A DNA stretch of 59,942 nucleotides from an uncultured Bacteroidia bacterium (GTDB lineage: Bacteria; Bacteroidota; Bacteroidia; J057; CALLMJ01): assembly GCA_938006875.1 (NCBI GenBank), contig CALLMJ010000025.1, forward strand, positions 1 through 59,942. Reading direction: 5' to 3'. Position 1 is the first letter of the stretch. The number at the start of each line of letters is the position of its first letter. The notes beneath the pieces are model-generated. The model was not told where the DNA came from, searched no databases, and worked only from the letters and a program-made list of their open reading frames with translations. Positions 10,836 through 22,397 of this stretch are shown here, piece after piece. A program made the position numbers and the translations under genes.

Positions 10836-11135
10836 ATGAAAACTATATTAATAGCACCGATATTTACAGAAGCTACTACAAAGTTAAATGAGAAACATAC
10901 ACAAAAACAATATGTTTTTGAAGTACACGTAGATGCAACAAAACCTCAAATAAAGGATATCATTGAGAAAATGTATAGTGTGAATGTTCAATCAGTGAGA
11001 ACTTCATTATTAATGGGGAAAAGAAAAGTTAGATACACAAAAACCGGAATTTTAGAGGGTAGAAAGAATCATAGAAAAAAAGCTTATATTACTCTTAAAG
11101 AAGGTCAAGAAATTAATTTTTTTGAAAACGCTTAA
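10836..11135 (+). CDS. rplW: 50S ribosomal protein L23 (start moved to ATG 10836)
   Basis: YVFEV..DATKPQIK, KKAYITL; lies between rplD and rplB. Confidence 0.95.
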   Translation: MKTILIAPIFTEATTKLNEKHTQKQYVFEVHVDATKPQIKDIIEKMYSVNVQSVRTSLLMGKRKVRYTKTGILEGRKNHRKKAYITLKEGQEINFFENA

Positions 11136-11148
11136 TTAAAAAAGTGAG

Positions 11149-11976
11149 ATGGGAATTAGAAAATTAAAACCGGTAACAGCAGGAACACGATTTAAGTCTG
11201 TTTTAGATTTTAAAGAAATTACGAAATCTAAACCCGAAAAGTCATTATTAGCTCCTATAAAAAAAACCGGAGGTAGAAATAATCAAGGAAAAATGACCAT
11301 GCGTCATATTGGTGGAGGTCATAAACGAAGATATAGAATTATTGATTTTAAGAGAGATAAATTTGATATTCCAGCAGTAGTTAAAGCTATTGAATACGAT
11401 CCAAATAGAACATCTAATATTGCTCTTTTAGAGTATCAAGATGGAGAAAAAAGATATATTATTGCAGCAGATAAACTAAAAGTTGGGCAGACTGTAATTT
11501 CAGGTATAGAAGTTGAGCCAACGGTAGGTAATGCCATGAAATTAAAAAATGTTCCATTAGGTTCTTTGGTTCATAATATAGAAATGACACCGGGAAGAGG
11601 CGGTCAAATAGCAAGATCAGCTGGTAGTTATGCACAATTGACAGGTAAAGAAGGTAAGTATGTTGTTTTACGTATGCCATCAGGAGAAATTAGAAAAATT
11701 TTAGCAGAGTGTATGGCAACAATAGGAGCGGTTGGTAATGCTGATCACTTCAATGTTGTATTAGGTAAAGCAGGAAGAAATAGATGGTTAGGAAGAAGAC
11801 CAAGAGTAAGAGGTGTTGCAATGAATCCAGTAGATCACCCTATGGGAGGTGGTGAAGGTAGGGCATCAGGTGGTCACCCACGTTCAAGAAAAGGTATTCC
11901 TGCTAAAGGTTATAAAACAAGAAATAAAAATAAGAAATCATCGGCTTTAATTATATCAAGAAGACCTAAAAAATAA
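11149..11976 (+). CDS. rplB: 50S ribosomal protein L2
   Basis: [30 protein letters not shown]. Confidence 0.99.
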   Translation: MGIRKLKPVTAGTRFKSVLDFKEITKSKPEKSLLAPIKKTGGRNNQGKMTMRHIGGGHKRRYRIIDFKRDKFDIPAVVKAIEYDPNRTSNIALLEYQDGEKRYIIAADKLKVGQTVISGIEVEPTVGNAMKLKNVPLGSLVHNIEMTPGRGGQIARSAGSYAQLTGKEGKYVVLRMPSGEIRKILAECMATIGAVGNADHFNVVLGKAGRNRWLGRRPRVRGVAMNPVDHPMGGGEGRASGGHPRSRKGIPAKGYKTRNKNKKSSALIISRRPKK

Positions 11977-11984
11977 TTACTAGT

Positions 11985-12263
11985 ATGCCAAGATCATTAA
12001 AAAAAGGTCCATTTATAGATTTAAACTTAGAAAAGAAAATCTTGAAGCTAAATGAGACTGGAAAAAAAGAAACTATCAAAACCTGGGCAAGAAGGTCTAT
12101 GATCTCTCCAGATTTTGTAGGACATGTTATAGCAATTCACAACGGAAAAACTTTTGTTCCGATTCTAATTACAGAGAATATGGTAGGTCATAAATTGGGA
12201 GAATTTGTTCCTACACGTTTATTTAGAGGTCATGCAGGTCAAAAAGATAAAGGCAAAAAGTAA
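11985..12263 (+). CDS. rpsS: 30S ribosomal protein S19
   Basis: [17 protein letters not shown]. Confidence 0.99.
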   Translation: MPRSLKKGPFIDLNLEKKILKLNETGKKETIKTWARRSMISPDFVGHVIAIHNGKTFVPILITENMVGHKLGEFVPTRLFRGHAGQKDKGKK

Positions 12264-12737
12264 ATGGAAGCTCGTAAATTAACAAGAAAAGAGAAAGTTG
12301 CTTTAGATAAACAAAACGGTACTTCAACAAAAGGTATCAAGAGATCTAAGGTAAGACAATATAAAAGAAAATTAAAAAGGGAGAGAAATATTGGTGCTGC
12401 TTTGAATAATTATCCATCATCTCCTAGAAAAATGCGATATGTTGCTGATATGATTAGAGGAATGAATGTTGAACAGGCGTTAATACAATTAAAATTGAGT
12501 ACAAAATGGGCTGCAATTCCTTTAAGAAAATTATTGCTAAGTGCAATTAGCAACTGGCAAGAGCGCACGGGTCAAAGGTTAGATTATAATGATGTTTATA
12601 TTAAGACAATAACTGTTGATGGTGGTAGAATGTTAAAGAGAGTTCAACCTGCTCCACAAGGTAGAGCTTATAGAAAACGTAAAAGATCCAATCACGTAAG
12701 AATTATTTTAGATACAATGGCTTCAACTCAAGAATAA
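12264..12737 (+). CDS. rplV: 50S ribosomal protein L22 with long basic N-terminal extension
   Basis: [30 protein letters not shown]. Confidence 0.95.
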   Translation: MEARKLTRKEKVALDKQNGTSTKGIKRSKVRQYKRKLKRERNIGAALNNYPSSPRKMRYVADMIRGMNVEQALIQLKLSTKWAAIPLRKLLLSAISNWQERTGQRLDYNDVYIKTITVDGGRMLKRVQPAPQGRAYRKRKRSNHVRIILDTMASTQE

Positions 12738-12739
12738 AA

Positions 12740-13513
12740 GTGGGACAAAAAACACATCCAATCGGTTTAAGGTTAGGTATCATTAGAGGATGGGAATCTA
12801 ATTGGTACGGAGGGAAAAATTATACTGAAAAATTAATAGAGGATATAAAAATCCGAGAATATATAGAACACAGAATACAAAGAGGAGGAATTTCAAAAAT
12901 AGTTATTGAAAGGACCCTCAAAAGAATTATTATTACTATTCATACTTCAAGACCCGGCATCATTATCGGTAAAGGTGGTGCAGAGGTAGATAAACTCAAA
13001 GAAGAAATCAAAAAAATTACTCAAAAAGACGTTCAAATTAATATTTATGAAATTAAACGTCCTGAGCTAGATGCTAAATTAGTTGCACAGAATATTTGTC
13101 AGCAACTTGAAGGTCGTATTTCTTTTAGAAGAGCAATGAAATCTGCAATCCAATCTTCTATGAAAATGGGAGCAAAAGGTATTAAAGTAATTTGTTCAGG
13201 AAGACTTGGCGGTGCTGAAATGGCTAGATCAGAAATGTACAAAGAAGGTCAAATTCCCCTTCAGACACTACGAGCAGATATTGATTATTCCATACAAGAG
13301 GCTCTAACTATTTATGGAAAGATTGGGGTAAAAGTATGGATATTTAGAGGAATGATTTACCAAAAACCTGATTTAGCAGCAGACTCGACAATGGCTGGTG
13401 CTTCTGGTACCTCCATGAATAATTCTGTGGGTAATCAAAAAGGTAAAGATAATCGTTTTAATAATAACAGAGGTAATGACTCTGGTAAACGTAATAAAAA
13501 GAAGAAAAAATAA
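12740..13513 (+). CDS. rpsC: 30S ribosomal protein S3 (GTG start)
   Basis: [34 protein letters not shown]. Confidence 0.99.
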   Translation: MGQKTHPIGLRLGIIRGWESNWYGGKNYTEKLIEDIKIREYIEHRIQRGGISKIVIERTLKRIIITIHTSRPGIIIGKGGAEVDKLKEEIKKITQKDVQINIYEIKRPELDAKLVAQNICQQLEGRISFRRAMKSAIQSSMKMGAKGIKVICSGRLGGAEMARSEMYKEGQIPLQTLRADIDYSIQEALTIYGKIGVKVWIFRGMIYQKPDLAADSTMAGASGTSMNNSVGNQKGKDNRFNNNRGNDSGKRNKKKKK

Positions 13514-13526
13514 TTGAGGAGGCGTT

Positions 13527-13949
13527 ATGTTATTACCAAAAAGAACAAAACATAGAAAAGTACATAAAGGAAGAATAAAAGGAAATGCTACTAGAGGTCA
13601 TTTAGTATCGTTTGGTTCTTTTGCTATAAAATCACTAGATGGAATATGGATAACGAGTCGTCAGATTGAAGCAGCTCGTGTTGCATTGACTCGTTATTTA
13701 AAACGTGAAGGTCAGGTATGGATTAGAATATTTCCAGATAAACCTATTACTAAAAAGCCCGCTGAGGTTCGTATGGGTAAAGGTAAAGGATCTCCTGAAT
13801 ATTGGGCAGCGGTTGTGAAACCTGGAACAATTTTATTTGAAGTTGATGGAGTTAGTCAAGAAAGAGCAGAAGAAGCATTAAGATTAGCTTCACAAAAATT
13901 GCCTTGTAAAACTCGTTTTGTTGTTCGTCAAGATTTAATTAATTCGTAA
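13527..13949 (+). CDS. rplP: 50S ribosomal protein L16
   Basis: [23 protein letters not shown]. Confidence 0.99.
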   Translation: MLLPKRTKHRKVHKGRIKGNATRGHLVSFGSFAIKSLDGIWITSRQIEAARVALTRYLKREGQVWIRIFPDKPITKKPAEVRMGKGKGSPEYWAAVVKPGTILFEVDGVSQERAEEALRLASQKLPCKTRFVVRQDLINS

Positions 13950-13953
13950 ATTT

Positions 13954-14151
13954 ATGGAGTTAGAGAAAATTAAAGAACTTAATATAGAAGAATTAGTTGC
14001 AACCATTGCTGAAGAAGAAGCGAGGTTAGAAGCTCTGAGATACAATAATGTAATTTCAAGAGTTGAGAATCCTGCAAAAATTAAGTATATAAAAAGAACT
14101 ATTGCAAGATTAAAAACTATTTACACCCAAAAATTAAACAGCGCTAATTAG
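13954..14151 (+). CDS. rpmC: 50S ribosomal protein L29
   Basis: [16 protein letters not shown]; position after rplP. Confidence 0.95.
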   Translation: MELEKIKELNIEELVATIAEEEARLEALRYNNVISRVENPAKIKYIKRTIARLKTIYTQKLNSAN

Positions 14152-14153
14152 TT

Positions 14154-14435
14154 ATGGAAAATTTAAGTTCAGAAGTAAAAGTAGAAAGAAATAGAAGGAA
14201 AGAACGTGTAGGCGTTGTTTCAAGTAATAAAATGCAGAAAACTATAGTAGTTTCTGTAAGAAGAAGAATAAAACACCCTATCTATGGGAAATTTCTTATT
14301 AGAACTACAAAGTTTCATGTTCATGATGAAAAGAATGAAGCAAATGTAGGAGATATAGTAAGAATAATGGAAACAAGACCATTAAGCAAAACCAAACGTT
14401 GGAGATTAGTAGAAATAGTAGAAAGAGCGAAATAG
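14154..14435 (+). CDS. rpsQ: 30S ribosomal protein S17
   Basis: [19 protein letters not shown]. Confidence 0.98.
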   Translation: MENLSSEVKVERNRRKERVGVVSSNKMQKTIVVSVRRRIKHPIYGKFLIRTTKFHVHDEKNEANVGDIVRIMETRPLSKTKRWRLVEIVERAK

Positions 14436-14439
14436 TGAT

Positions 14440-14808
14440 ATGATACAACAAGAAACAAGGCTGAATGTGGCGGATAATAGCGGTGCAAAAGAATTACTTT
14501 GCATTCGTGTATTAGGAGGTTCAGCAAAAAGGTATGGTACTGTTGGCGACGTCATTGTATGTTCCGTCAAAACGGCCGTTCCGAACGGTACAGTCAAAAA
14601 AGGTGATGTAGTAAAAGCCGTAATAGTAAGAACTAAAAAAGAAATTAGAAGAAAAGATGGTTCTTATATACGATTTGATGATAATGCAGCAGTTGTAATT
14701 AATAATGCGGGTGAACCAAGAGGGACTCGTATTTTTGGCCCTGTTGCAAGAGAATTAAGAGAAAAACAATTTACAAGAATTATAACATTAGCACCAGAAG
14801 TTTTGTAA
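14440..14808 (+). CDS. rplN: 50S ribosomal protein L14
   Basis: [29 protein letters not shown]. Confidence 0.99.
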   Translation: MIQQETRLNVADNSGAKELLCIRVLGGSAKRYGTVGDVIVCSVKTAVPNGTVKKGDVVKAVIVRTKKEIRRKDGSYIRFDDNAAVVINNAGEPRGTRIFGPVARELREKQFTRIITLAPEVL

Positions 14809-14817
14809 TTTTGCAGT

Positions 14818-15135
14818 ATGGAAAAAGAAACTAAAAGAGTAAAGTTGCATATCAAAAAAGGAGATACTGTAAAAGTATTATCTGGCGATGATAAAGGTAA
14901 AATTGGGCAGGTTTTGAAAGTATTCCCTAAAACAAGAAAAGCTATTGTTGAAGGTGTAAATATCATTAAAAAACGACAAAAACCTATGGAAAGAGGTGCA
15001 AAAGGTCAAATTATTGAAACTGAGGCTCCGTTATTTATTTGTAAATTAATGTTGGTTAATCCTTCTACGGGTGTTGCATCCAGAATTAGAAGAGTGAATG
15101 GAGAAAGAGTTTTTGTTAAAACTACTAAAAAATAA
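14818..15135 (+). CDS. rplX: 50S ribosomal protein L24
   Basis: [18 protein letters not shown] (KOW motif), VEGVN. Confidence 0.97.
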   Translation: MEKETKRVKLHIKKGDTVKVLSGDDKGKIGQVLKVFPKTRKAIVEGVNIIKKRQKPMERGAKGQIIETEAPLFICKLMLVNPSTGVASRIRRVNGERVFVKTTKK

Positions 15136-15689
15136 TGGAAAAGTACGTACCTAATTTAAAAAAAGAATATTTAGAGAGAATAGTTCCTGCATTAATGCAA
15201 AAATTTGGATATAAGTCTATTATGCAGGTTCCAAGGTTAGAAAAAATTGTTTTATCAAGAGGTATTGGAGAGGCAATTAACGATAAAAAGCTAATTGAAA
15301 CTTCAGTTCAAGAATTTACAATTATCACTGGTCAAAAGGCTGTTGTCACCAAAGCTAAAAAAGATGTTTCTAACTTTAAATTAAGAAAAGGATATCCTAT
15401 TGGTTGTAAAGTAACCTTAAGAGGTGATAAAATGTATGAATTTCTTGAGCGATTAATTGCAGTTTCTATTCCAAGAACTAGAGATTTTAGAGGATTACCT
15501 TTAAAAGGTTTTGATGGTAGAGGAAATTTTACAATGGGTGTCAAAGAACAAATTATATTTCCTGAAATTGATGTTGATAAAATCAATAAAATTTCAGGAT
15601 TGGATATTACTTTTGTAACCACATCAAAAGAGGATAAAGACGCAATGGAGTTATTGAAAGAATTTGGAATGCCATTTAAAACAAAATAA
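15135..15689 (+). CDS. rplE: 50S ribosomal protein L5
   Basis: [25 protein letters not shown]. Confidence 0.99.
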   Translation: MEKYVPNLKKEYLERIVPALMQKFGYKSIMQVPRLEKIVLSRGIGEAINDKKLIETSVQEFTIITGQKAVVTKAKKDVSNFKLRKGYPIGCKVTLRGDKMYEFLERLIAVSIPRTRDFRGLPLKGFDGRGNFTMGVKEQIIFPEIDVDKINKISGLDITFVTTSKEDKDAMELLKEFGMPFKTK

Positions 15690-15698
15690 TTTAAGAAG

Positions 15699-15968
15699 AT
15701 GTCAAAAAAATCAGTAATAGTAAGGCAACTAAAAAGAGAAAAATTAGTTGCAAAATACGCTGAAAAAAGAAAAAAACTTAAGGAATCAGGTGATTGGATT
15801 TTATTACAAAAACTTCCAAGAGATTCTTCACCTGTTCGTTTAAGAAATAGATGTAAATTAACGGGAAGACCCAGAGGTTACATTCGTAAATTTGGATTAT
15901 GCAGAATTAAGTTCAGAGAATTAGCATTAGAAGGCAAAATTCCAGGAGTAAAAAAAGCAAGTTGGTAA
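15699..15968 (+). CDS. rpsN: 30S ribosomal protein S14 (zinc-ribbon-less type)
   Basis: [27 protein letters not shown]. Confidence 0.98.
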   Translation: MSKKSVIVRQLKREKLVAKYAEKRKKLKESGDWILLQKLPRDSSPVRLRNRCKLTGRPRGYIRKFGLCRIKFRELALEGKIPGVKKASW

Positions 15969-15990
15969 AAATTTAAAATCATATTTAAAG

Positions 15991-16389
15991 ATGTACACAG
16001 ACACAATATCCGATCTTCTAACTAGGATTAGAAATGCAAGTAGAGTGAAACATAGATTTGTAGAAGCACCTTTTTCAAAATTTAAAGTATCTATATTGGA
16101 AGTTTTAAAAGATCAAGGTTATATTGCAAATTTTAAAGTGTTTGAGGATGGTCCTAAGAGAACGATTAAAATTGCGTTACGTTATGATTCACAAACTAAA
16201 GAACCTGCTATAACTGAGATAGTTAGAGTAAGTAAACCGGGTTTAAGAAAATACACAGGTGTGGATTCAATACCATACGTAATGAATGGCTTAGGCGTTG
16301 CAATTTTATCTACTCCAAAAGGAGTTATGACTGATAAAAAAGCAAGAGAGTTAAATGTAGGTGGTGAAATAATTTGTTATGTTTATTAA
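15991..16389 (+). CDS. rpsH: 30S ribosomal protein S8
   Basis: DLLTRIRNA, SKPGLRKY, GLGVAILSTPKG. Confidence 0.99.
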   Translation: MYTDTISDLLTRIRNASRVKHRFVEAPFSKFKVSILEVLKDQGYIANFKVFEDGPKRTIKIALRYDSQTKEPAITEIVRVSKPGLRKYTGVDSIPYVMNGLGVAILSTPKGVMTDKKARELNVGGEIICYVY

Positions 16390-16397
16390 TTAATGTT

Positions 16398-16958
16398 ATG
16401 TCAAGAGTAGGAAAGAAACCCATAACTATACCCAGTGGAGTAACAGTTGATGTAACTCCAACACAAATAAAAGTGAAGGGTCCTAAAGGCCAATTGGTTC
16501 AGGATTATAACCCTTCCATTAAAATTGTCATGGATAATGGTACAATGAGATTTGAACGTTCTAGTGATAATAAAAGAGATAGAGCGTTGCATGGACTTTA
16601 TCGTGCATTAGTTAATAATATGATTGTTGGCGTAACCGAAGGATATTCTAAAAGATTAGAACTTGTTGGGGTAGGTTACAAAGTGGATTCTAAAGGTCAA
16701 GTATTAGAAATTTCTATTGGTTATTCTCATGGTGTATTTTTTATTGTACCCAAAGAAATCCAAGTTAAGACTGAAACTGTAAAAGGGTCTAATCCATCTA
16801 TAACTTTAACTTGTATTGATAAACAGCTTTTAGGTCAAGTTGCGGCGAAAATAAAAGGTATCAGAGGTCCAGAGCCTTATAAAGGAAAAGGTATAAGAAT
16901 TATTGGTGAACATATTGTAAGAAAAGCGGGTAAATCAGCAGGTAAAGGTAAGAAATAA
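16398..16958 (+). CDS. rplF: 50S ribosomal protein L6 (start moved to ATG 16398)
   Basis: [21 protein letters not shown]. Confidence 0.98.
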   Translation: MSRVGKKPITIPSGVTVDVTPTQIKVKGPKGQLVQDYNPSIKIVMDNGTMRFERSSDNKRDRALHGLYRALVNNMIVGVTEGYSKRLELVGVGYKVDSKGQVLEISIGYSHGVFFIVPKEIQVKTETVKGSNPSITLTCIDKQLLGQVAAKIKGIRGPEPYKGKGIRIIGEHIVRKAGKSAGKGKK

Positions 16959-17323
16959 TGAAAAAAATTAAAGATCCGAGAGTTGCACGTAGATTAAGAA
17001 TTAAAAGAGGTCTTAAGAAAAGAATTTTTGGTACAACCCAAAAACCAAGATTATCAGTATTCAGAAGCAATACTTCAATCTACGCACAAATTATAGATGA
17101 TGTTCAAGGAAAAACCTTAGTGGGTTGTTCTTCAAGAAACAAATCCTTGATTAACGAAAAATTAACAAAAACTGAGTTAAGCAGATTAGTAGGTAAAATG
17201 CTTGCAGAAAAAGCTTTACAAGCTGGTATTACCGAAGTTGTATTTGACAGAAATGGTTTCACTTACCATGGTCGTGTTAAAGCGTTAGCTGATGGAGCAA
17301 GAGAAGGAGGTTTAAAATTTTAA
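16958..17323 (+). CDS. rplR: 50S ribosomal protein L18
   Basis: [31 protein letters not shown]. Confidence 0.98.
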   Translation: MKKIKDPRVARRLRIKRGLKKRIFGTTQKPRLSVFRSNTSIYAQIIDDVQGKTLVGCSSRNKSLINEKLTKTELSRLVGKMLAEKALQAGITEVVFDRNGFTYHGRVKALADGAREGGLKF

Positions 17324-17326
17324 TTT

Positions 17327-17848
17327 ATGGCATTAAATTTTCAATCAAAAAGAGTTCGTTCAGCGGATGCTGAGTTACAAGATAGGTTAGTAGGCGTTCA
17401 ACGTGTAACTAAAGTAGTAAAAGGAGGTAGAAGATTCAGCTTCAGTGCTGTAGTAGTTGTAGGGAATAATAACGGTGTAGTTGGTTATGGATTAGGAAAA
17501 GCATTAGAAGTTACAAATGCTATTGCTAAGGGGGTTGAAGACGCAAAAAAGAACCTCGTTAAAGTAAATATTCATAACGGTACTATACCTCATGATATTG
17601 TAGTAAAATATAAAGCCGCAAAAATTATACTTAAACCCGCAGCTCCTGGTACTGGTGTACTTGCAGGCGGTGCAATGCGTGCTGTTTTGGAAAGTGCTGG
17701 TGTTAAGGACGTTCTTGGGAAATCCTTTGGTTCCTCTAACCCTCATAATGTAGTAAAAGCAACTGTAAAGGCTTTAGCTATGCTTAAAGATCCTTCACAT
17801 GTTGCAAGGTTAAGAAATATTAAAGTTTCAAAAGTTTTTAAAGGTTAA
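17327..17848 (+). CDS. rpsE: 30S ribosomal protein S5
   Basis: [21 protein letters not shown]. Confidence 0.99.
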   Translation: MALNFQSKRVRSADAELQDRLVGVQRVTKVVKGGRRFSFSAVVVVGNNNGVVGYGLGKALEVTNAIAKGVEDAKKNLVKVNIHNGTIPHDIVVKYKAAKIILKPAAPGTGVLAGGAMRAVLESAGVKDVLGKSFGSSNPHNVVKATVKALAMLKDPSHVARLRNIKVSKVFKG

Positions 17849-17852
17849 TGGT

Positions 17853-18038
17853 ATGAAGGTTAAAGTTAAACAAATCAAAAGTACAATTAAAATTCCTGAA
17901 AATCAAAGAAGAGTAATGGAATCATTAGGTTTAAGAAAAATTAATCAAGAGAAAATTTTTCAACTTAATGCTCCAATTTTAGGAATGATCAAAAAAGTTA
18001 GCCATTTAGTTTTAGTAGAGGAGGTGAAAGAATCATGA
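17853..18038 (+). CDS. rpmD: 50S ribosomal protein L30
   Basis: SLGLRKI, GMIKKVSHLV; operon position. Confidence 0.95.
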   Translation: MKVKVKQIKSTIKIPENQRRVMESLGLRKINQEKIFQLNAPILGMIKKVSHLVLVEEVKES

Positions 18039-18505
18039 AATCTTTAAGTTTAAATAATTTAAGACCCGCTGATGGTTCTGTAAAGAAATCAAAAAGAATT
18101 GGTCGTGGTCAAGGTTCTGGTAAAGGAGGAACGTCTACAAAAGGTCATAAAGGTGGTCAGTCACGTTCTGGTTATAAATTCAAAGCATATTTTGAAGGTG
18201 GTCAGATGCCTATTTCCAGAAGAATACCTAAATTTGGTTTTAATAATATCCATAAAATTGAATATCAAATTATCAACATTGAACAATTGAATGTTCTTGC
18301 TGAAAAAGGTATTACAGAAATTACACCTGAAGTTTTAAAGTCTAATAGATTAGTTGGTAATCTTAAAAAACCTATTAAAGTTTTAGGAAAAGGTGAATTA
18401 AAACATAAGATTACAGTATCAGCTAATAAATTTAGCCAATCCGCTAAAACTGCTATTGAAAATAGCCAAGGAAAAGTAATTGAATTAAGCAATGAAAATT
18501 GTTAG
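18035..18505 (+). CDS. rplO: 50S ribosomal protein L15
   Basis: GRGQGSGKG, FEGGQMP, KVLGKG. Confidence 0.98.
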   Translation: MKSLSLNNLRPADGSVKKSKRIGRGQGSGKGGTSTKGHKGGQSRSGYKFKAYFEGGQMPISRRIPKFGFNNIHKIEYQIINIEQLNVLAEKGITEITPEVLKSNRLVGNLKKPIKVLGKGELKHKITVSANKFSQSAKTAIENSQGKVIELSNENC

Positions 18506-19844
18506 CATATTTAAAGATATTAATGGTATTCCAGATTTAAAACAAAGAATCATTTATACGCTAATTTTACTAGCTGTATTTAGGTTTGGTTCATTTGTTA
18601 TTTTACCTGGGGTTGATTCTTCCACCTTGATGGCATTATTTAATATGTCTCAAGGTGAAGGTATTTTGGGCTTACTCAACACATTTGTTGGTGGTGCTTT
18701 TGCAAGAGGTTCTGTTTTTTCTCTTGGAATTATGCCTTACATTTCTGCATCTATTATTATGCAGTTAATGGCTACAGCAATACCAAGTTTAAAAAAGTTA
18801 CAAGAACAAGAAAATGGTCAGCGTAAAATTAATCAATATACGCGTTATGCAACAATTGCCATTACTTTATTTCAGTCTATTGCTGCTGCAATTAATTTAC
18901 AAACACAGTACCCATCTGCAATTTTTGCAAGTGGTTTTACCTTTATTTTAACAACCGTTTTTTGTATGGTTGCTGGAACTATGTTTTTGGTTTGGTTAGG
19001 TGAAAGAATAACCGATAACGGCATAGGAAATGGTGTAAGTTTAATTATTGCCGTAGGTATTATATCAGAACTTCCTATAGCTATGTTAAATGAAGTAAAA
19101 TCAAGTCCTATTATGTTGTTTTACGCTGAAATGATTGCATTAGGAATAGTTACTATGGGTGTAATTTTATTGACTCAAGGAACAAGAAATATTCCTATTA
19201 ACTATGCAAAAAGAATGGTTGGTGGTGGAAAAGTGGCGGGTGGTATGATGAATACAATTAAAAGTAATATTCCATTAAAAGTAAACTCTGCGGGTGTTAT
19301 GCCAATTATTTTTGCTCAAGCAATTATGTTTATTCCTGCTCAAGTTTCTCTCTTCTTTCAAGATAGTGATTTTTGGATAGCAACGGGTAGTAGTCTGAAT
19401 AATCCTAATAGTTTTATTTATAACTTGATTTTCATATTTTTGATTATTGTGTTTACTTATTTTTACAATACGATTGTGATTGATTCCAATAAGATTGCTG
19501 AAAATTTAAAAGCTAATAACGGCTTTATTCCGGGTATTAAACAAGGTAAAGAAACTGCTAATTTTATTGATGCAATTCTATCTAGAATTACGTTACCTGG
19601 TGCTTTATTTTTAGCATTTGTTGCTATTTTACCCACAATAGTTGTAAATTTGGGAGTTTCTTCGCAATTTGCACAGTTTTTTGGTGGAACGAGTTTGTTA
19701 ATTATGATTTCTGTTGTATTAGAAACTATTAATCAAATTGATAGTTACTTGTTATCCAATAACAAAGAAGGAATTATATCTAAAAAAGAAACTCAATCTA
19801 CAAAATTTGTTGCATCGAATTTAAAATCAAAAGTTACTGCATGA
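18492..19844 (+). CDS. secY: Preprotein translocase subunit SecY
   Basis: LGIMPYISASII, GIGNGVSL, AGVMPIIFA, FGGTSLLI. Confidence 0.99.
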   Translation: MKIVSIFKDINGIPDLKQRIIYTLILLAVFRFGSFVILPGVDSSTLMALFNMSQGEGILGLLNTFVGGAFARGSVFSLGIMPYISASIIMQLMATAIPSLKKLQEQENGQRKINQYTRYATIAITLFQSIAAAINLQTQYPSAIFASGFTFILTTVFCMVAGTMFLVWLGERITDNGIGNGVSLIIAVGIISELPIAMLNEVKSSPIMLFYAEMIALGIVTMGVILLTQGTRNIPINYAKRMVGGGKVAGGMMNTIKSNIPLKVNSAGVMPIIFAQAIMFIPAQVSLFFQDSDFWIATGSSLNNPNSFIYNLIFIFLIIVFTYFYNTIVIDSNKIAENLKANNGFIPGIKQGKETANFIDAILSRITLPGALFLAFVAILPTIVVNLGVSSQFAQFFGGTSLLIMISVVLETINQIDSYLLSNNKEGIISKKETQSTKFVASNLKSKVTA

Positions 19845-20653
19845 GTAAAGGAAGAGCAATTATAAAAACGGAAGAAGAAATTGAACTAATGAGGTTAAGT
19901 AACCAATTAGTATCAAAAGTATTGGGTGAATTGAGCAACCATATTCAACCTGGTATTTCTACTTTGCGTTTGGACCAGATTGCTTATGAGTACATAAAAG
20001 ATCATCATGCTGAACCAGCTTTTTTAAATTATAAACCACATTCCAGCAAAACTGCTTATCCACATACTTTATGTGTTTCAGTGAATGAGTATGTAGTTCA
20101 TGGAATGCCTAAAAAAGATGTTTTTTTGAAAGAAGGTGATGTTGTTTCTGTTGATTGCGGAGTAAAATTGAATGGATATTATGGAGATTCTGCTTACAGT
20201 TTTACTGTGGGTGATGTAGAGCCAGAAATTCAAAAATTATTAAAGGTTACTTTTGAATGTTTGGAACTAGGTGTTCAAAAAGCTATACATGGTAATAGAG
20301 TAGGGGATATTGGTTACGAAGTTCAAACTCATGCTGAAAAACACGGATATGGAGTAGTTAGAGAGTTAGTAGGTCATGGAGTTGGAACATCTCTTCATGA
20401 GGCTCCAGAAGTACCTAATTACGGAAGTCGTGGTAAAGGCATGATGTTAATAGAAGGGCTTGTGATTGCTATTGAACCTATGATTAATATGGGAACTAAA
20501 AAATTGGTATTGGATAATGACGGGTGGTCTTTAAGAACTGCCGATAAATTACCCTCTGCTCATTTTGAGCATACCGTTGTAGTTAGAAAAGGAAAAGCAG
20601 AAAAATTAACAACATTTGAGTTTATAAAAAATGGCAAAACAGCAGTCGTTTAA
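19841..20653 (+). CDS. map: Methionine aminopeptidase type I
   Basis: VVHGMP, DCG..GYYGDSA, GHGVG..LHE, EPM, HFEHT. Confidence 0.97.
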   Translation: MSKGRAIIKTEEEIELMRLSNQLVSKVLGELSNHIQPGISTLRLDQIAYEYIKDHHAEPAFLNYKPHSSKTAYPHTLCVSVNEYVVHGMPKKDVFLKEGDVVSVDCGVKLNGYYGDSAYSFTVGDVEPEIQKLLKVTFECLELGVQKAIHGNRVGDIGYEVQTHAEKHGYGVVRELVGHGVGTSLHEAPEVPNYGSRGKGMMLIEGLVIAIEPMINMGTKKLVLDNDGWSLRTADKLPSAHFEHTVVVRKGKAEKLTTFEFIKNGKTAVV

Positions 20654-20849
20654 GGTGGATGGTACGATATTAGAAGCATTACCGAATGCTATGTTTCGAG
20701 TAGAATTAGAAAATGGGCATGAAATAATTGCTTATATTTCTGGTAAAATGCGAATGAATTATATAAAAATTCTACCTGGAGATAGAGTAAGTCTTGAAAT
20801 GTCTCCATATGATTTAACAAAAGGAAGAATAACCTATCGTTATAAATAA
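20631..20849 (+). CDS. infA: Translation initiation factor IF-1
   Basis: [26 protein letters not shown]. Confidence 0.99.
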   Translation: MAKQQSFKVDGTILEALPNAMFRVELENGHEIIAYISGKMRMNYIKILPGDRVSLEMSPYDLTKGRITYRYK

Positions 20850-20865
20850 TTAAAATTGAAGAGTG

Positions 20866-20982
20866 ATGAAAGTAAGAGCTAGTGTAAAAAAACGTAGTGC
20901 AGAGTGCAAAGTTGTAAAACGAAAAGGTCGTATTTACATAATTAATAAAAAAAATCCAAAATATAAACAGCGTCAAGGATAG
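20866..20982 (+). CDS. rpmJ: 50S ribosomal protein L36 (not in the ORF track)
   Basis: Manual translation [38 protein letters not shown], between infA and rpsM. Confidence 0.97.
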   Translation: MKVRASVKKRSAECKVVKRKGRIYIINKKNPKYKQRQG

Positions 20983-20988
20983 AAGAAT

Positions 20989-21372
20989 ATGGCACGTATA
21001 GCGGGAATAGATTTACCAAAAAATAAAAGAGGTGAAATAGGTTTAACCTATATTTATGGAATCGGTCGCCCTACTGCTAATAAAATTTTAGCAGAAGCAG
21101 GTGTAGATAAAAATAAAAAGGTCGGTGAATGGACTGATGATGAAGCTGCAGCAATTCGTGCAATAATTGCTGATAATTACAAAGTTGAAGGTGCTTTAAG
21201 AGGTGAAATCCAATTAAACATCAAAAGGTTAATGGATATTGTATGTTTTCGTGGTTTAAGACACAGAAAAGGTTTACCTGTTCGTGGTCAAAGAACACGT
21301 ACAAATGCAAGAACAAGAAAAGGAAAAAGAAAAACTGTTGCTAATAAGAAAAAAGCAGCTGCTAAAAAATAA
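20989..21372 (+). CDS. rpsM: 30S ribosomal protein S13
   Basis: [28 protein letters not shown]. Confidence 0.99.
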   Translation: MARIAGIDLPKNKRGEIGLTYIYGIGRPTANKILAEAGVDKNKKVGEWTDDEAAAIRAIIADNYKVEGALRGEIQLNIKRLMDIVCFRGLRHRKGLPVRGQRTRTNARTRKGKRKTVANKKKAAAKK

Positions 21373-21379
21373 TTAGATT

Positions 21380-21763
21380 ATGGCAAAAACAGTAAAAGTT
21401 AAGAAAAAAATTAAAGTTGAACCCAATGGTCAAGCTCATATTTCTGCTTCATTTAATAATATTATTATAACTTTAACAGATGGAGCAGGAAACGTGATTA
21501 GTTGGTCTTCTGCTGGGAAAGCAGGATTTAGAGGTTCAAAAAAGAACACTCCTTATGCAGCTCAAGTTGCTGCTACTCAGTGTGCTAAAGAAGCTTACGA
21601 TTTAGGACTCAGAAAGGTTGAGGTTTTTGTAAAAGGAACAGGTTCAGGTAGAGAATCTGCTATAAGAGCTATTAATGCTTGTGGTATTGATATAACATTA
21701 ATTCAAGATATTACTCCGCTACCTCATAATGGTTGCAGACCACCAAAACGTAGAAGAGTTTAA
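21380..21763 (+). CDS. rpsK: 30S ribosomal protein S11
   Basis: [24 protein letters not shown]. Confidence 0.99.
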   Translation: MAKTVKVKKKIKVEPNGQAHISASFNNIIITLTDGAGNVISWSSAGKAGFRGSKKNTPYAAQVAATQCAKEAYDLGLRKVEVFVKGTGSGRESAIRAINACGIDITLIQDITPLPHNGCRPPKRRRV

Positions 21764-21783
21764 TTTTTTTAAGTATTCAATTT

Positions 21784-22386
21784 ATGGCAAGATACAGAGG
21801 TCCTAAACAAAAAATTGCGAGAAGATTTAAAGACCCCATTTTTGGGCATAGTAAAGCAGTAGATCGTAAAAACTATGGTCCAGGGCAACATGGAAAAAAT
21901 AAACGTGCTAAGTTATCTAACTATGCAATTCAGTTAATGGAAAAGCAAAAAGCTAAAGCTATTTATGGAATATTAGAAAGACAATTTAGTAATCTTTTTG
22001 TTAAAGCTACCAAAATTCCGGGAGTCACGGGTACTGTGCTTCTTCAATTATTAGAAGCAAGATTAGATAATACCGTATATAGAATGGGTTTCTCTCCAAC
22101 AAGAAGAGGTGCTAGACAGTTAGTTCTTCACAAACATTTTCTTGTAAATGGTAATCCTGTTAATATTCCATCTTATCAATTAAAACCTGGTGATGTTATT
22201 GAAGTAAGAGAAAGAAGTAAATCTCTTGAAGCTATTAATAATTCTATTCAGTCTAGAAATTCTAGATACAATTGGTTAGAAGTGAATAAAGCAAGTTTAA
22301 CCGGGAAGTTTTTACACTATCCTGAAAGAGAAGATATCCCAGAAAATATTAAAGAACAATTAATCGTTGAGTTATACTCTAAGTAA
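21784..22386 (+). CDS. rpsD: 30S ribosomal protein S4
   Basis: PGQHG, EKQK, LEARLDN, IVELYSK. Confidence 0.99.
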   Translation: MARYRGPKQKIARRFKDPIFGHSKAVDRKNYGPGQHGKNKRAKLSNYAIQLMEKQKAKAIYGILERQFSNLFVKATKIPGVTGTVLLQLLEARLDNTVYRMGFSPTRRGARQLVLHKHFLVNGNPVNIPSYQLKPGDVIEVRERSKSLEAINNSIQSRNSRYNWLEVNKASLTGKFLHYPEREDIPENIKEQLIVELYSK

Positions 22387-22397
22387 TCATTAAGAAA

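Noticed and set aside
20056-20064. TTATCCACA inside map
   Set aside because: Single box within coding sequence (A-Y-P-H codons), most likely chance.
6111-20976. Short antisense or out-of-frame ORFs over ribosomal genes (e.g. 6111-6395, 9661-9996, 14664-14966, 15332-15622, 20689-20976)
   Set aside because: Shadow ORFs of conserved genes with no recognisable motifs.
15699-20982. Zinc-ribbon-less S14 and L36 in the main operon
   Set aside because: Typical for Bacteroidota; not a zinc-starvation paralogue signal.
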